DNA of 64,000 nt from Fimbriimonadales bacterium (GCA_026418055.1 JAOACB010000006.1:13418-77417), one strand, 5' to 3'. Shown: positions 27,728-37,142, numbered from the stretch's first letter. Numbers and translations are program-made. The notes: a model not told the origin generated them from the letters alone.

Positions 27728-28537
27728 TCAACCACGGATCCACTCCGCCAGCTCTCGGGCGATCTCTTCCACGCCGGCGTCCTTCACCACCCGCGTCTCA
27801 CGGCGCTGGCTGGGCGTTTCGACGCTCTCGAAGCGGAGACCGCCGCGGAGAGCCCCGACCGAGGGCGCCTTGGCCAGAGCAGGCAGGATCCCTCGCATGT
27901 TCGCCATGCCGATCTGAGGGTTGTTCGGCGGTTCGGGCAGGTTGCCGGTGGCCCATGCGAGCACAGCCGGGGCACCGGCGCAACGGGATACCAGATACTG
28001 GGCCCCCTCGACCCGCTCCTTGACGCGGAAGCCTCCGTCGGCGTCCGGCTCGATCTCGTCGACCGCCAGGAACTGATCCTCGACCCCCAACAGGGCTCCC
28101 ACCATCGACAGGGTTGTGCCGGCATCGCGCGAAGCCGAAGAGCAACCGCCGAACAGCAGCATCCGGTCGCGGTCCAGCCCCGGGATGGACTGGATGGCCT
28201 TGGCCAGCGCTTGGGCGGTCTCGAAGGAGTCGGCGAAGCCGCTGGCCGAGCCGTCGATCGCGACGAACTCGAACGGCGCCTTCTGGGCCACAGCCATCAT
28301 CAGTTGCTGCAGCTTGGGCTTGGGACCGAGGCTCGCCAGCCAGACCTTGGAGTCGGGGACTCTCTTGGCCAGGTGCGCCGCCTCATACAGGGCGTGGGCC
28401 GCCCAAGGGTCCAGCACGGAAGGCAGCATGGCCTCGTTCTTCAGGCCCGGGCCATCCGGCGCCATCACCGGCTCCAGCGTTTGGAGCGGATCGGGCACCA
28501 GACTGCCGCAAACGACGATGTGGTAGCCGTTGCTCAT
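27728..28537 (-). CDS. etfB: Electron transfer flavoprotein beta subunit, sequence-divergent
   Basis: IVVCGSLVPDP N-terminus, LLFGGCSSASRDAGTTLSMVGALLG block. Sits between the ETF-QO and etfA genes. Confidence 0.7.
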   Translation of the reverse strand: MSNGYHIVVCGSLVPDPLQTLEPVMAPDGPGLKNEAMLPSVLDPWAAHALYEAAHLAKRVPDSKVWLASLGPKPKLQQLMMAVAQKAPFEFVAIDGSASGFADSFETAQALAKAIQSIPGLDRDRMLLFGGCSSASRDAGTTLSMVGALLGVEDQFLAVDEIEPDADGGFRVKERVEGAQYLVSRCAGAPAVLAWATGNLPEPPNNPQIGMANMRGILPALAKAPSVGALRGGLRFESVETPSQRRETRVVKDAGVEEIARELAEWIRG

Positions 28538-28543
28538 GGTTCG

Positions 28544-30373
28544 TCAGTTCTCCGCGGAATGCAGGCCGCCCGCGCCGGCGCGGAAGGCAAGGTTGGGACC
28601 ACCCTCCGGGGTTTCGGTGGGGCAGTTCCAAAGGCAGGCGCCGCAGTGCACGCACTTCTCTCGGTCGAAGAGCGGCGCCCCGCCGCTGGGGTTCGGTGAG
28701 ATCGCTTGGCCGGAGCAGACCTCGACGCACAGCTGCGGGGAGCATCGCTCGCACAGGTTCGGATAGAGGAAGGCGACGTGGTCCGCGAAGCCGGGCGGGG
28801 CCTGCACCTTGCCTCCCAGCAGCAGCGCGTCCTGGTGGCTGACCAGCAGCCTGCCGTCGTGCTCGACCTTCGGCCAGCCCAAGGCGTCCATCACCAGGTC
28901 GTGCAAGGGGAGCCCCTCGCTCTCGGCCCGTCGGCGCAGGCGGGAGATCTCCCCGGCGGTCAGTCTGCCGCGGCAGAACTCCTCGAGGGAAGGCAACGGT
29001 CGATGCTTGGCCTTGGGGTGCCAGCGGCCGCCGGTCAGCGCCGTGAGGCCCATCCCGACGAGACCGGCCAGGAAACCTCGGGTGAACCCGTCGCGCGCGT
29101 GCTCGGCGACGCGGCCCTCCGCTTCGACCCAGCTCTCCCTGCGTCGCCGTTCGTAGGCGGCGGCGAGATTCTCTCTCGTGAACGGCTGCCCGCTCCTCCA
29201 CAGCTCGACGACGCCCTCGGCCAGCTGAGCGCCGGTGGTCCATGCCTCGTCGACGCCGGAGCCGGTGAGCACGTTCGTGCTTCCGGAGCCTTCGCCGATG
29301 CGCGCGTAGCCGTCCCCGACGAGGTACGGCTCGCCCTGCTTGCCGTACTCCGCGAGCGTCTTGGCCCCCCAGGAGCGCATGGTGCCGCCCTCGAGCCACC
29401 GCCACAGGTAGGGATGGCGCATCCAGTGCTGCAGGTAGCGGTAGGTGGTGCGGACCGGACTGTCGAGGAACGAAGGCACGAAGATCCCCAGAGAGGCCAG
29501 CCTGCCGGGCATCGCGTACAAGAACCCGAAGATCTCCGGCTCGGGAAACCCGAACGTGTGGATCACCGTGCCCTCGGCGAGTTCGCAAGACTCTGGCAGC
29601 TCCACCACCATCTTCATGCCGACTGCCCAATGCCGGCGCTGGTGGCCCTCCGGCATGCCGAAGACCTCGTCCAGCTGGCGGCCGACGGGGCCGACGGGAC
29701 CGTCGCCCACCACCGTCAGGGCGGCCCGCACGTCCATGCCCGGCAGGAAGGCGCCGGTCGGACTGCCGTCCTTCTCGACGCCTTGATCGGCGAGCCGAAC
29801 GCCGACGACCCGGTGGTCCTCCACCAAGGCCTGCTGCACGGGTGTTCCGGGCCAGATCTGCACCGTCCCAGAGGCCATCAGCTGGTTGCCGACCCACTGG
29901 TTGAACTGACCGATCGACAGGATGAGACCGCCGTGCTTGCGCAGGAAGGGCGGCGTGTACGGCAGTTCGAGCGCCATCCGCTTGCCAGCGAAAGGCCTGA
30001 GCAACCTGTCGACGAGCTTCAGTCCGGCACCCCGGCGGCTTGCGCCGATCGGGTCGAGCAGGTACACGGTCTTCTCCTGGCGGACCTCGCACGCCATCGG
30101 GATCGCGGTCGGATCCAGCTCTGGGAAGCTCCGGCGGATGCCGCGCGCCCGCGTTACGACGCCGGACACACCGAAGCCGATGTCGTCGGCTCTCTCGTAA
30201 CACAGAACCTGCGGCGGCATGCCGGGCATCGCGCGGCTCTCCAGCAACGGCCGCCCCTCTGCGTCGGTCAGGTGTCGGCTGAGCGTGGTGAGGAAGCCGC
30301 CCATCGCGGGGCCAAACCCCACGCAGGCGATGTCGACCTCCATCGTCTGGCGCGCGACGTCGGGCTGTTCCAT
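28544..30373 (-). CDS. ETF dehydrogenase (ETF-quinone oxidoreductase / FixC-FixX-like fusion)
   Basis: FAD dinucleotide motif DIACVGFGPAMGG. C-terminal ferredoxin-like Cys cluster CERCSPQLCVEVC...CVHCGACLWNCP...PEGGPN. Confidence 0.8.
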   Translation of the reverse strand: MEQPDVARQTMEVDIACVGFGPAMGGFLTTLSRHLTDAEGRPLLESRAMPGMPPQVLCYERADDIGFGVSGVVTRARGIRRSFPELDPTAIPMACEVRQEKTVYLLDPIGASRRGAGLKLVDRLLRPFAGKRMALELPYTPPFLRKHGGLILSIGQFNQWVGNQLMASGTVQIWPGTPVQQALVEDHRVVGVRLADQGVEKDGSPTGAFLPGMDVRAALTVVGDGPVGPVGRQLDEVFGMPEGHQRRHWAVGMKMVVELPESCELAEGTVIHTFGFPEPEIFGFLYAMPGRLASLGIFVPSFLDSPVRTTYRYLQHWMRHPYLWRWLEGGTMRSWGAKTLAEYGKQGEPYLVGDGYARIGEGSGSTNVLTGSGVDEAWTTGAQLAEGVVELWRSGQPFTRENLAAAYERRRRESWVEAEGRVAEHARDGFTRGFLAGLVGMGLTALTGGRWHPKAKHRPLPSLEEFCRGRLTAGEISRLRRRAESEGLPLHDLVMDALGWPKVEHDGRLLVSHQDALLLGGKVQAPPGFADHVAFLYPNLCERCSPQLCVEVCSGQAISPNPSGGAPLFDREKCVHCGACLWNCPTETPEGGPNLAFRAGAGGLHSAEN

Positions 30374-30386
30374 GGTTGGGTTGCTC

Positions 30387-32618
30387 CTAGCGCGGGTAGT
30401 CCAGCGCCTCCGGAATCATCACTTGCGTCAGCGCCTCGGCCGCTCGGTCCTTGGCCAGGCGGCAACCGGTGAGGCAGCCATCGAGCTTGAGGCGCAGCGC
30501 GCGGAACCTCTCCATGCCGGGGAAGCGGACGCACGGGCCCGCCTTGTCGGCGTGCCCGCCATCGTCCTGAATGACCTCCAGCGGGGAGGAATCGAAGCCG
30601 GGCACCAGCGACGCCACGGCCTCCAGCTCGCTGGCCTTGAAGCAGGAGTCGCAGTCTCCGTCCCAGCTCGGGTGCCTCTGGTATCCGTACACCAGTTCGG
30701 CGGTGATGCGCCCGACCTCGCCGGAGGCTCTGGCAGCCATCACGTGGCACAGGTCCGTGAGGAAGGCGACCGTGCCCTCGAGACCGTCGGCCAGCAACGG
30801 GTTGTGCCCGCCCTTGTCCTCCAGCTCCAAAACGTCCAGGATCTGTTGCCTCGAGGCGAGCAGCCAACTGAGGGCGTCCGCCATGGGGAATGCCACGCCT
30901 TGGCGCTGTCCGTGGTACAGCGTCTCGCCGTGGGCGTCCTGGGCGCTCTGCAGGAACTCGATCGTCCAGAGCCACAGCTCCATGGCGGTGGCCAGCGTGC
31001 AGGCGCCGGTGCCGGGCTTGCGCGAGGCGATCTGGCGCATCTGACGGATCCAGTGGCGGAACTGGGCGAGGAACAGCTCGTTGACCATGGTGACGGTGAG
31101 CTGCCTGCGCTGGACCGCCTCCGGTCCCTCGTAGGTGGCCTCGAGCTGGGCGTCCATCCATTTCTGGCCGAGGAAGCCGGGACAGTCCTCGGTGATGCCG
31201 TACCCTCCCATCAGGCTGACGGCCTCGCGCATGGTGTTGGCGCCCACGCCGGTGTTCCACAGCTTCGTGGCTGGACAGAACACCTGAGACAGCGCGTCCT
31301 TGACGGCGAACTGCACGAGCGAGTCGGCCTTCAGTTCCTCGTACCTCGCGGAATCCCGCTTCTGTTCGGGCAGGTGCTCGAGGCGAATGAACTCCAGCGC
31401 GGCGTCCTTCACCGCCGCGAACGCCTTCATCTGGGCCCGGGCTCCCTTGATGCCTCTCTCCTGGAGCAGCCGGTCCTTCTCCCGCTCGAGCGGGTCGAAC
31501 TCGTCGAACAGCCTCGCGGTGTAGAAGCCGAGCGACGCCGCGGCCTCTCCGGTGGCCCACACGTCGATCAGGCGGTGCAACGCGTCCTCCCTCTGCTGGA
31601 TGCCCAGCTCGTAGCGAGACGAGCCGGGTTGCGGCTGTCCTCCGCGGAAGCGCTGGCGGTGGTACCGGATGATCGGCTCGACGGCGGACAGCAGCTTCGC
31701 GGCGGTCATCAGGCCGACCGTCACGCGCGTGCGCCGGAACACCGCCTCGATGACCTCGGAGTGCGAGTAGTTCGGCACGATCACGCCGTCCTGGATCGTG
31801 TAGCCGCCGATGATTCGCGAGGCGGGAACCTTGAGGCTGTAGATCGGATCGTTGGTGGCCGAGAGCTGGTGCACCAGCTTGAGCGTGGGCGAGCCCGGGT
31901 CCCACACCCCCTCGTCCGTGTCCTCGAGGATCACCATGCAGCTGCCCTTGATGCGCGCATCGTCGCTGGCGACGGCGGCGCACGCGAAGTTGGCGAACGC
32001 GGCGTTCGTGATGAACCGACCGCGCTTGTCGACGTGCAGCATCGGCTCCTCGCCATCCTTCCACTCTGCCACGCGGACCCTGCCGGCCATCGTGTTCGTG
32101 TCGACTCCCACGAACGGGATTGGCTCGGTGAGGGCGAACGCCCCGCGCAGCGTGCGGCGGTCCTCTCCGGGCCCCGCCGGCACGGCGCCCCCCATGTACC
32201 TTGCGACCTGCTCCGGCGTTCCCCGCTCGTGGATCGGCGCCAGAGCGAGGTTGCCGGCCAGGGTCGCCGTGGCGGCCCCGGCGTCGACCCACGAGAGCTC
32301 GAACGCCACGAGAGCGAGCGCCAGGTTCTTCGGCCCAGGGATGTAGCCGCCGTGCTCGGGATCGATGGCCACAGCGGTCAGGCCCGCCTCGTCCATCGCC
32401 TCGAGCAGCTTCTGCTTCTCCGGCGTCCACTCGTGGGTGTGGCGGGCGCCGTCTGCCACGAGCCTGGCGACGATCCCTCTGGCCACCGATCGCGCAGCCT
32501 GCTGGACCATCTGCAGGTCGTAGCGGTCCGCGTATCTCCAGAGAATCTGGCGAACGTCGTCGCCGGGAAGGGTTTTGAGGGTGGGCTTCGTTGCGCCCGA
32601 GTTCGGATCGGTCATCAC
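30387..32618 (-). CDS. Large (743 aa) acyl-CoA dehydrogenase family protein with N- and C-terminal extensions
   Basis: ACAD core (AFALTEPIPFVGVD, GGYGITEDCPGFLGQKWMDAQLEATYEGPEAVQRRQL) plus ~250 aa of extra C-terminal sequence. GTG 32618 or ATG 32615. Confidence 0.8.
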   Translation of the reverse strand: MMTDPNSGATKPTLKTLPGDDVRQILWRYADRYDLQMVQQAARSVARGIVARLVADGARHTHEWTPEKQKLLEAMDEAGLTAVAIDPEHGGYIPGPKNLALALVAFELSWVDAGAATATLAGNLALAPIHERGTPEQVARYMGGAVPAGPGEDRRTLRGAFALTEPIPFVGVDTNTMAGRVRVAEWKDGEEPMLHVDKRGRFITNAAFANFACAAVASDDARIKGSCMVILEDTDEGVWDPGSPTLKLVHQLSATNDPIYSLKVPASRIIGGYTIQDGVIVPNYSHSEVIEAVFRRTRVTVGLMTAAKLLSAVEPIIRYHRQRFRGGQPQPGSSRYELGIQQREDALHRLIDVWATGEAAASLGFYTARLFDEFDPLEREKDRLLQERGIKGARAQMKAFAAVKDAALEFIRLEHLPEQKRDSARYEELKADSLVQFAVKDALSQVFCPATKLWNTGVGANTMREAVSLMGGYGITEDCPGFLGQKWMDAQLEATYEGPEAVQRRQLTVTMVNELFLAQFRHWIRQMRQIASRKPGTGACTLATAMELWLWTIEFLQSAQDAHGETLYHGQRQGVAFPMADALSWLLASRQQILDVLELEDKGGHNPLLADGLEGTVAFLTDLCHVMAARASGEVGRITAELVYGYQRHPSWDGDCDSCFKASELEAVASLVPGFDSSPLEVIQDDGGHADKAGPCVRFPGMERFRALRLKLDGCLTGCRLAKDRAAEALTQVMIPEALDYPR

Positions 32619-32742
32619 GGTGTTCCGGCCTCGCGTGGCAGAGTGGGCCCCCGCGCCGGGAGTCTCTCAGGCTCCCAATGAGCCGAAAGACCTAGCGCGG
32701 GAGCGCTCTCCCACTATACCCAGACCACGGATGCACCGTGCT

Positions 32743-33870
32743 TCAACGCAAAGCCATCGGCATGATGACGCACAGGTAGTCGTCGCCGTCGTCCGCCGAG
32801 CGGAACAGCGCGGGCCTCTGACCTTCCGTCTGCTCGATCTGCACGCCCGTGGCGCCCATGCCCGATAGGGCTACGAGCACGTCGAGCACGTAGGCGCCGT
32901 TGAACGCGGTCTCCAACGAGGGTCCGGTGGAGAGCATCTGCAGCTCTTCTTTGGCTTCTCCCTTCTCCTCGCTGCGGGCGGTCAGCACGAGCTGGTCGCC
33001 GTCCCCATAGAAGCACACTCGGCCGGCGTTGTCCCTGGCGAGGATCATGATGCGCTTGATCTTCTCCGCGAGCTGATCGATCTCCACCTTCCACGTGCGC
33101 GTCGCCTCCGTGGGGATGACGCGCTCGTAGGCGGGGAATGTGCCCTCGATCAGCTGCGAAACCAGGCGCACGCCGGGAACGTCCACGGCCAGCCGGCGAT
33201 CGGCGAACCGGATCTCCAGCGGCTTCCCCTCGGCCGCCGCGAGGGATCTGACGAGCTTCAGAGCCTTTTCGGGGAGCACGTAGTTGAGCTCGGGCCCGAT
33301 CGTCGGCGCGCCGGAGGAGCCGGTCAGCTCGACCTTGCGCAGCGCAAGGCGGTGCGTGTCGGTGGACACGAGCCGGAGGGTCCTTCCGTCGCACTCGAAC
33401 AGCACGCCGGTGAGGATCTGCCGGTGACCGTCCTTGGCGACCGCGTAGAGAACGGAGTCGATCGCGCTGCGCAGCGTCTCCGAGGGCAGGGTCAGGCGGT
33501 TCTCTCCGTCCAGATCGGGGATCTCGGGGAAGTCGGACGAAGGCTGGACGTTGACTCGGTACACCGAGGGCCCTTGGGAGAGCACCAAGGCGTGCCCATC
33601 CACCTCCAGGTGCAGGTCTCCGTCCGGCAACGATCCCAGCAGGTCCACCAGCAGCTTGCCCGAGGCGCACCAGGATCCAGGCTCGTGCACCATGCACGGC
33701 AGCGTGCGCTCCAACCACAGCTCGCCGTCGCAACCCAGGATCCGGAGGCCGGAATCGCCCGCCTCCAGCTTCAAGCTCTGCAACAGCTCGATCGAAGTCC
33801 GTCCCGCGGCGGCGACGTTGGCCATCGCGGCGGCCTCGTGGAACTCTTTGCGGGGTACGTCCAGTCTCAA
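32743..33870 (-). CDS. dnaN: DNA polymerase III beta sliding clamp
   Basis: LTGVLFE, LVSTDTHRLA, IEGTFPAYERVIP, FNGAYVLDVL, YLCVIMPM. TTG start with GAGGAG SD 8 nt upstream. Confidence 0.9.
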   Translation of the reverse strand: MRLDVPRKEFHEAAAMANVAAAGRTSIELLQSLKLEAGDSGLRILGCDGELWLERTLPCMVHEPGSWCASGKLLVDLLGSLPDGDLHLEVDGHALVLSQGPSVYRVNVQPSSDFPEIPDLDGENRLTLPSETLRSAIDSVLYAVAKDGHRQILTGVLFECDGRTLRLVSTDTHRLALRKVELTGSSGAPTIGPELNYVLPEKALKLVRSLAAAEGKPLEIRFADRRLAVDVPGVRLVSQLIEGTFPAYERVIPTEATRTWKVEIDQLAEKIKRIMILARDNAGRVCFYGDGDQLVLTARSEEKGEAKEELQMLSTGPSLETAFNGAYVLDVLVALSGMGATGVQIEQTEGQRPALFRSADDGDDYLCVIMPMALR

Positions 33871-33885
33871 GTCGTCGTCTCCTCG

Positions 33886-34185
33886 TCAGCCGCAGATCGG
33901 CAGGTGGAATTGCAGGTAGTTCGGAGTCGGCCTCTTCGGCCTGATGTCGAAGCCTTCCGCGTAGATCCGCATGAGGATCCGCTGGTGGGACTCCTCGGTG
34001 TACGCCACGTCCTCGGACCGTCGGAGCGCTTCGACGGTCTGCCTGAGCGTGACCATGTCGTGGCAGAGCTCGGGATCGTTGAAGGCTCCCGCCTCGAGCT
34101 CCTCCTCCAGCTCCTCCGGCAGCTCCCCTCCTGCGTACAGGTCGACCGCCAGGTCTTCGAGTTTGGCTTGGAACTTACGGTTCAT
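33886..34185 (-). CDS. 99-aa acidic soluble protein; position suggests an anti-sigma-like partner
   Basis: The ATG lies inside the last codons of the sigma gene (11-nt overlap). No TM segment and no zf-HC2 motif. EELEEELE acidic run. Confidence 0.5.
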   Translation of the reverse strand: MNRKFQAKLEDLAVDLYAGGELPEELEEELEAGAFNDPELCHDMVTLRQTVEALRRSEDVAYTEESHQRILMRIYAEGFDIRPKRPTPNYLQFHLPICG

Positions 34186-34723
34186 CGGATTTCTCCACGA
34201 CGCCGCCGAGCTTGGACCGGAGGGCCCTCCGTCCGCGGTACAGGCGAGACTTGAGCGCGGGGACGCTGATGTTCAGCACCTCCGCTGCCTCGCGCGCGGG
34301 CATGTCCTCCAGATCGCACAGCACGAGCGGTTCTTTGTACTCGAGCGGCAACTCGGCCAGCGCCTGTTGCACCGCCACCTTGAGGGCGGTGCGGTCTTCC
34401 GCGCCGCTCGTCACGGCGTCCGGCGGCAGCTCGATCAGCCGGTGTTGCCGCATCTTGTCGATGCACAGGTTGCGCGCGATGCGAAACAGCCACGTGCGGA
34501 ACGCGCCGTCGGCCCGAAGCTCGCCCGAGCGCTTGAGCACGCGCAGAAACGTCTCGGCCGTGGCGTCCTCGGCGTCGGTCCGGTTGCGGAGCATTCGGTA
34601 CGTGTAGCGGAAGATCCTCTCGCCGTACAGCTCGAACAACCCCCCCATCGCTGAAACGTCGCCCTCGGAAAGAGCGGTGAGCCAGCGCTTCTCTGTTTGC
34701 GATTCGCGCAACGAGTCCTGCAT
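34175..34723 (-). CDS. ECF-type RNA polymerase sigma-70 family factor
   Basis: Region 2 (FRTWLFRIARNLCIDKMR) and region 4 (LCDLEDMPAREAAEVLNISVPALKSRLYRGR). ATG 34723 chosen within a longer ORF call. Confidence 0.85.
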   Translation of the reverse strand: MQDSLRESQTEKRWLTALSEGDVSAMGGLFELYGERIFRYTYRMLRNRTDAEDATAETFLRVLKRSGELRADGAFRTWLFRIARNLCIDKMRQHRLIELPPDAVTSGAEDRTALKVAVQQALAELPLEYKEPLVLCDLEDMPAREAAEVLNISVPALKSRLYRGRRALRSKLGGVVEKSDEP

Positions 34724-34770
34724 TGGGAATGACGGACGCACCGGGAGAAACGGCGCGCGCGGAGCCCAGT

Positions 34771-36009
34771 TTACACCGTTTCCCTTTTCGGCACGGGAGC
34801 CGCGACCCTCTGTCTGGCCAGGCCGGAGAACGCCAGCGCCGCCGCGACCGAGAGCGCACCGCACAGAGCCACCGTGCCCGGTGCGCCCAGCGAACTCCCC
34901 GCCACTCCGGCCATCAGGTTGCCCACCGGCATCGTGCCTTGGAACGACATGGTGTAGAAGCTCATCACCCGTCCGCGCAGGCCGTCGTCCACGGTCGTCT
35001 GAAGGATGGTGTTGGTCGAGGCCATCTGGGTCATCTGGGCGAACCCCGCCAAGGCCAGCAGCAGGAGCGAGGGCGCGAGCCACCGCGAGAGCGAGAACGC
35101 CACGAGAGCGAGTCCGAAGATGGCGGCCGCGCAGACCACGTGCAGCGGCAGCCGCTCGGTCCTCCGCAGAGAGGCCAGGCGCAGGGCACCCAGCACGGCG
35201 CCGGCGCCCGGCGCCGCCATGAGGAAGCCCAGAGTGCTGGGACCGCCCTGCAGGACCTCCTTGGCGAAGACGGGCATCAGCACTCCATAGGGGATTCCGA
35301 CGAGGCTGATGATGGCCAGGAGCAGCAGCGCTGGACCCTGCAGGGGATGCCTAGCCACGGAGCGGGCGCCCTCGCGGATCTCCTCCCAGACGCGCCCGCG
35401 CGCGGCGGTCCTCCGAGCGTCGGGAAGGCGCATCGCGGCCAGCGCCATCAGAACCGCAAGGTAGCTCAGGGCGTTCAGGCCGAAGCAGACAGCCTCGCCG
35501 AACGCTCCGATGGCCAGGCCCGCCACCGAAGGCCCGATCAGCTTGGCGCTGTTGACCATCGATGAGTTCAGCGCGATCGCGTTCGGGAGGTCGCCGCGGT
35601 CGTCCACCATCTCGACGACGAGCGACTGGCGGCCGGGCATGTCGAACGCGTTGACCGCGGCGAGCAGCAGGCTCAGCGCGAGCACGTGGCCCACGGTCAC
35701 CGTGTCGGTCGCCACCAGCAGGAACAGCGCCAGCGCCTGCAACCCTGCGAGCACCTGCGTCGCGAGCAGCAGGCGCCGCTTGTCGGCACGGTCGATCCAG
35801 GCGCCCGCGAACGGCGCCAGCAGGAAGGTCGGCAGGTTGCCTGCGAATCCAACGAGCCCCAGCCAGGCGGGAGACCCCGTGAGGCGGTACACCAGCCAGC
35901 TCATGGCCACCCTCTGCATCCACGTGCCGATCAGCGACACGCCCTGTCCGGCGAAGTACAGGCGGTAGTTGCGGTGGCGGAGCGCCCGGAAGGCGAACGG
36001 AACAGCCAT
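34771..36009 (-). CDS. MFS transporter (EntS/MFS_3-like)
   Basis: FRALRHRNYRLYFAGQGVSLIGTWMQ N-terminus and 12-TM hydrophobicity pattern. Confidence 0.8.
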   Translation of the reverse strand: MAVPFAFRALRHRNYRLYFAGQGVSLIGTWMQRVAMSWLVYRLTGSPAWLGLVGFAGNLPTFLLAPFAGAWIDRADKRRLLLATQVLAGLQALALFLLVATDTVTVGHVLALSLLLAAVNAFDMPGRQSLVVEMVDDRGDLPNAIALNSSMVNSAKLIGPSVAGLAIGAFGEAVCFGLNALSYLAVLMALAAMRLPDARRTAARGRVWEEIREGARSVARHPLQGPALLLLAIISLVGIPYGVLMPVFAKEVLQGGPSTLGFLMAAPGAGAVLGALRLASLRRTERLPLHVVCAAAIFGLALVAFSLSRWLAPSLLLLALAGFAQMTQMASTNTILQTTVDDGLRGRVMSFYTMSFQGTMPVGNLMAGVAGSSLGAPGTVALCGALSVAAALAFSGLARQRVAAPVPKRETV

Positions 36010-36068
36010 GGAAAACGCGGCAGGAAGGATGCTTCCTTCCTCAGAATACCGACGCGGGAGGCTTCGTT

Positions 36069-37142
36069 GTGGCCGAGCTCACCAGCAGAGAGAGATTCCA
36101 GAGGATGTTCGAGCACAGGGAGGCGGATCGGGTGCCCGTGATCGACATTCCCTGGGGAACCACCGTCGAGCGGTGGCACCGGGAGGGCATGCCGGAGGGC
36201 GTCTCCTACGTCGACTTCTTCGGTCTGGACAAGGTGGGCACGGTCTCCGCCGACAACGGTCCCCGCTGGCAGGAGGAGCGCATCGAGGAAACCGACGAGT
36301 ACACGATCGTCCGCACGAGCTGGGGGGTGACGATGAAGAACTGGAAGCATATCGCCAGCACCCCCGAGTACCTGGACTTCCATGTGAAGGACGCGCGCAG
36401 CTGGCTGGAGGCGAAGCGGCGGATGGCTCCGGACCCCGACAGGGTGGATTGGGATCGGCTCTCTCGGGAGTATCCGCGATGGGAGGCCGAGGGCTGGTGG
36501 GTTCAGGCTGGCCTTTGGTTCGGCTTCGACGTCACCCACTCCTGGTTCGTCGGCACGGAGACGGTGCTGTTCGCGATGGCCGAGCAGCCGGAGTGGTGCC
36601 GCGAGATGTTCGAGCACGAGCTGGACGTGCACCTCGCGCTCTTCGAGATGGTTCTGAAGGCCGGCTACCGCATGCACGCGGCCACGTGGCCGGACGACAT
36701 GGGCTACAAGCACAACCAGTTCTTTTCCGTCGCGACGTACAGGGAGGTCCTCAAGCCCGTGCACGCCCGCGCCATCGAGTGGGCCCACCGCAACGGCATG
36801 TTCGCCCACCTGCACAGTTGCGGAGACGTGAGCCCGTTCGTGCCGGAACTCCTCGAGATCGGCCTGGACGCCCTGAACCCCCTGGAGGTGAAGGCGGGAA
36901 TGGACCCGATCGCGCTCGAGCGGAGCCACGGAGACCGACTGGTGCTGCACGGGGGCATCAACGCCGTGCTGTGGGACGACTTCGACGCGATCGCCGAGGA
37001 GATGCGCAGGGTGGTGCCCGAGCTCAAAAAGGGCGGGGGCTACGTCTTCTCGTCGGACCACTCGGTTCCGGACAGCGTGAGCCTGGAGAACTTCCGCCGG
37101 ATCGTCGAACTGGCCAAGTCCCTGGGAAGCTACGAGCGCTAG
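36069..37142 (+). CDS. Uroporphyrinogen decarboxylase (URO-D/MtaA-like) family protein
   Basis: RVPVIDIPWG..., HSCGDVSPFVPELLEIGLDALNPLEVKAGMDP, GGYVFSSDHSVP. GGGAGG SD 8 nt upstream of the GTG. Confidence 0.7.
   Translation: MAELTSRERFQRMFEHREADRVPVIDIPWGTTVERWHREGMPEGVSYVDFFGLDKVGTVSADNGPRWQEERIEETDEYTIVRTSWGVTMKNWKHIASTPEYLDFHVKDARSWLEAKRRMAPDPDRVDWDRLSREYPRWEAEGWWVQAGLWFGFDVTHSWFVGTETVLFAMAEQPEWCREMFEHELDVHLALFEMVLKAGYRMHAATWPDDMGYKHNQFFSVATYREVLKPVHARAIEWAHRNGMFAHLHSCGDVSPFVPELLEIGLDALNPLEVKAGMDPIALERSHGDRLVLHGGINAVLWDDFDAIAEEMRRVVPELKKGGGYVFSSDHSVPDSVSLENFRRIVELAKSLGSYER

Noticed and set aside
32619-34200. The dnaN neighbourhood as a replication origin
   Set aside because: I saw no cluster of DnaA-box-like 9-mers (TTATCCACA or its complement) or an AT-rich unwinding element in the short intergenic regions, and dnaA is absent from the window.
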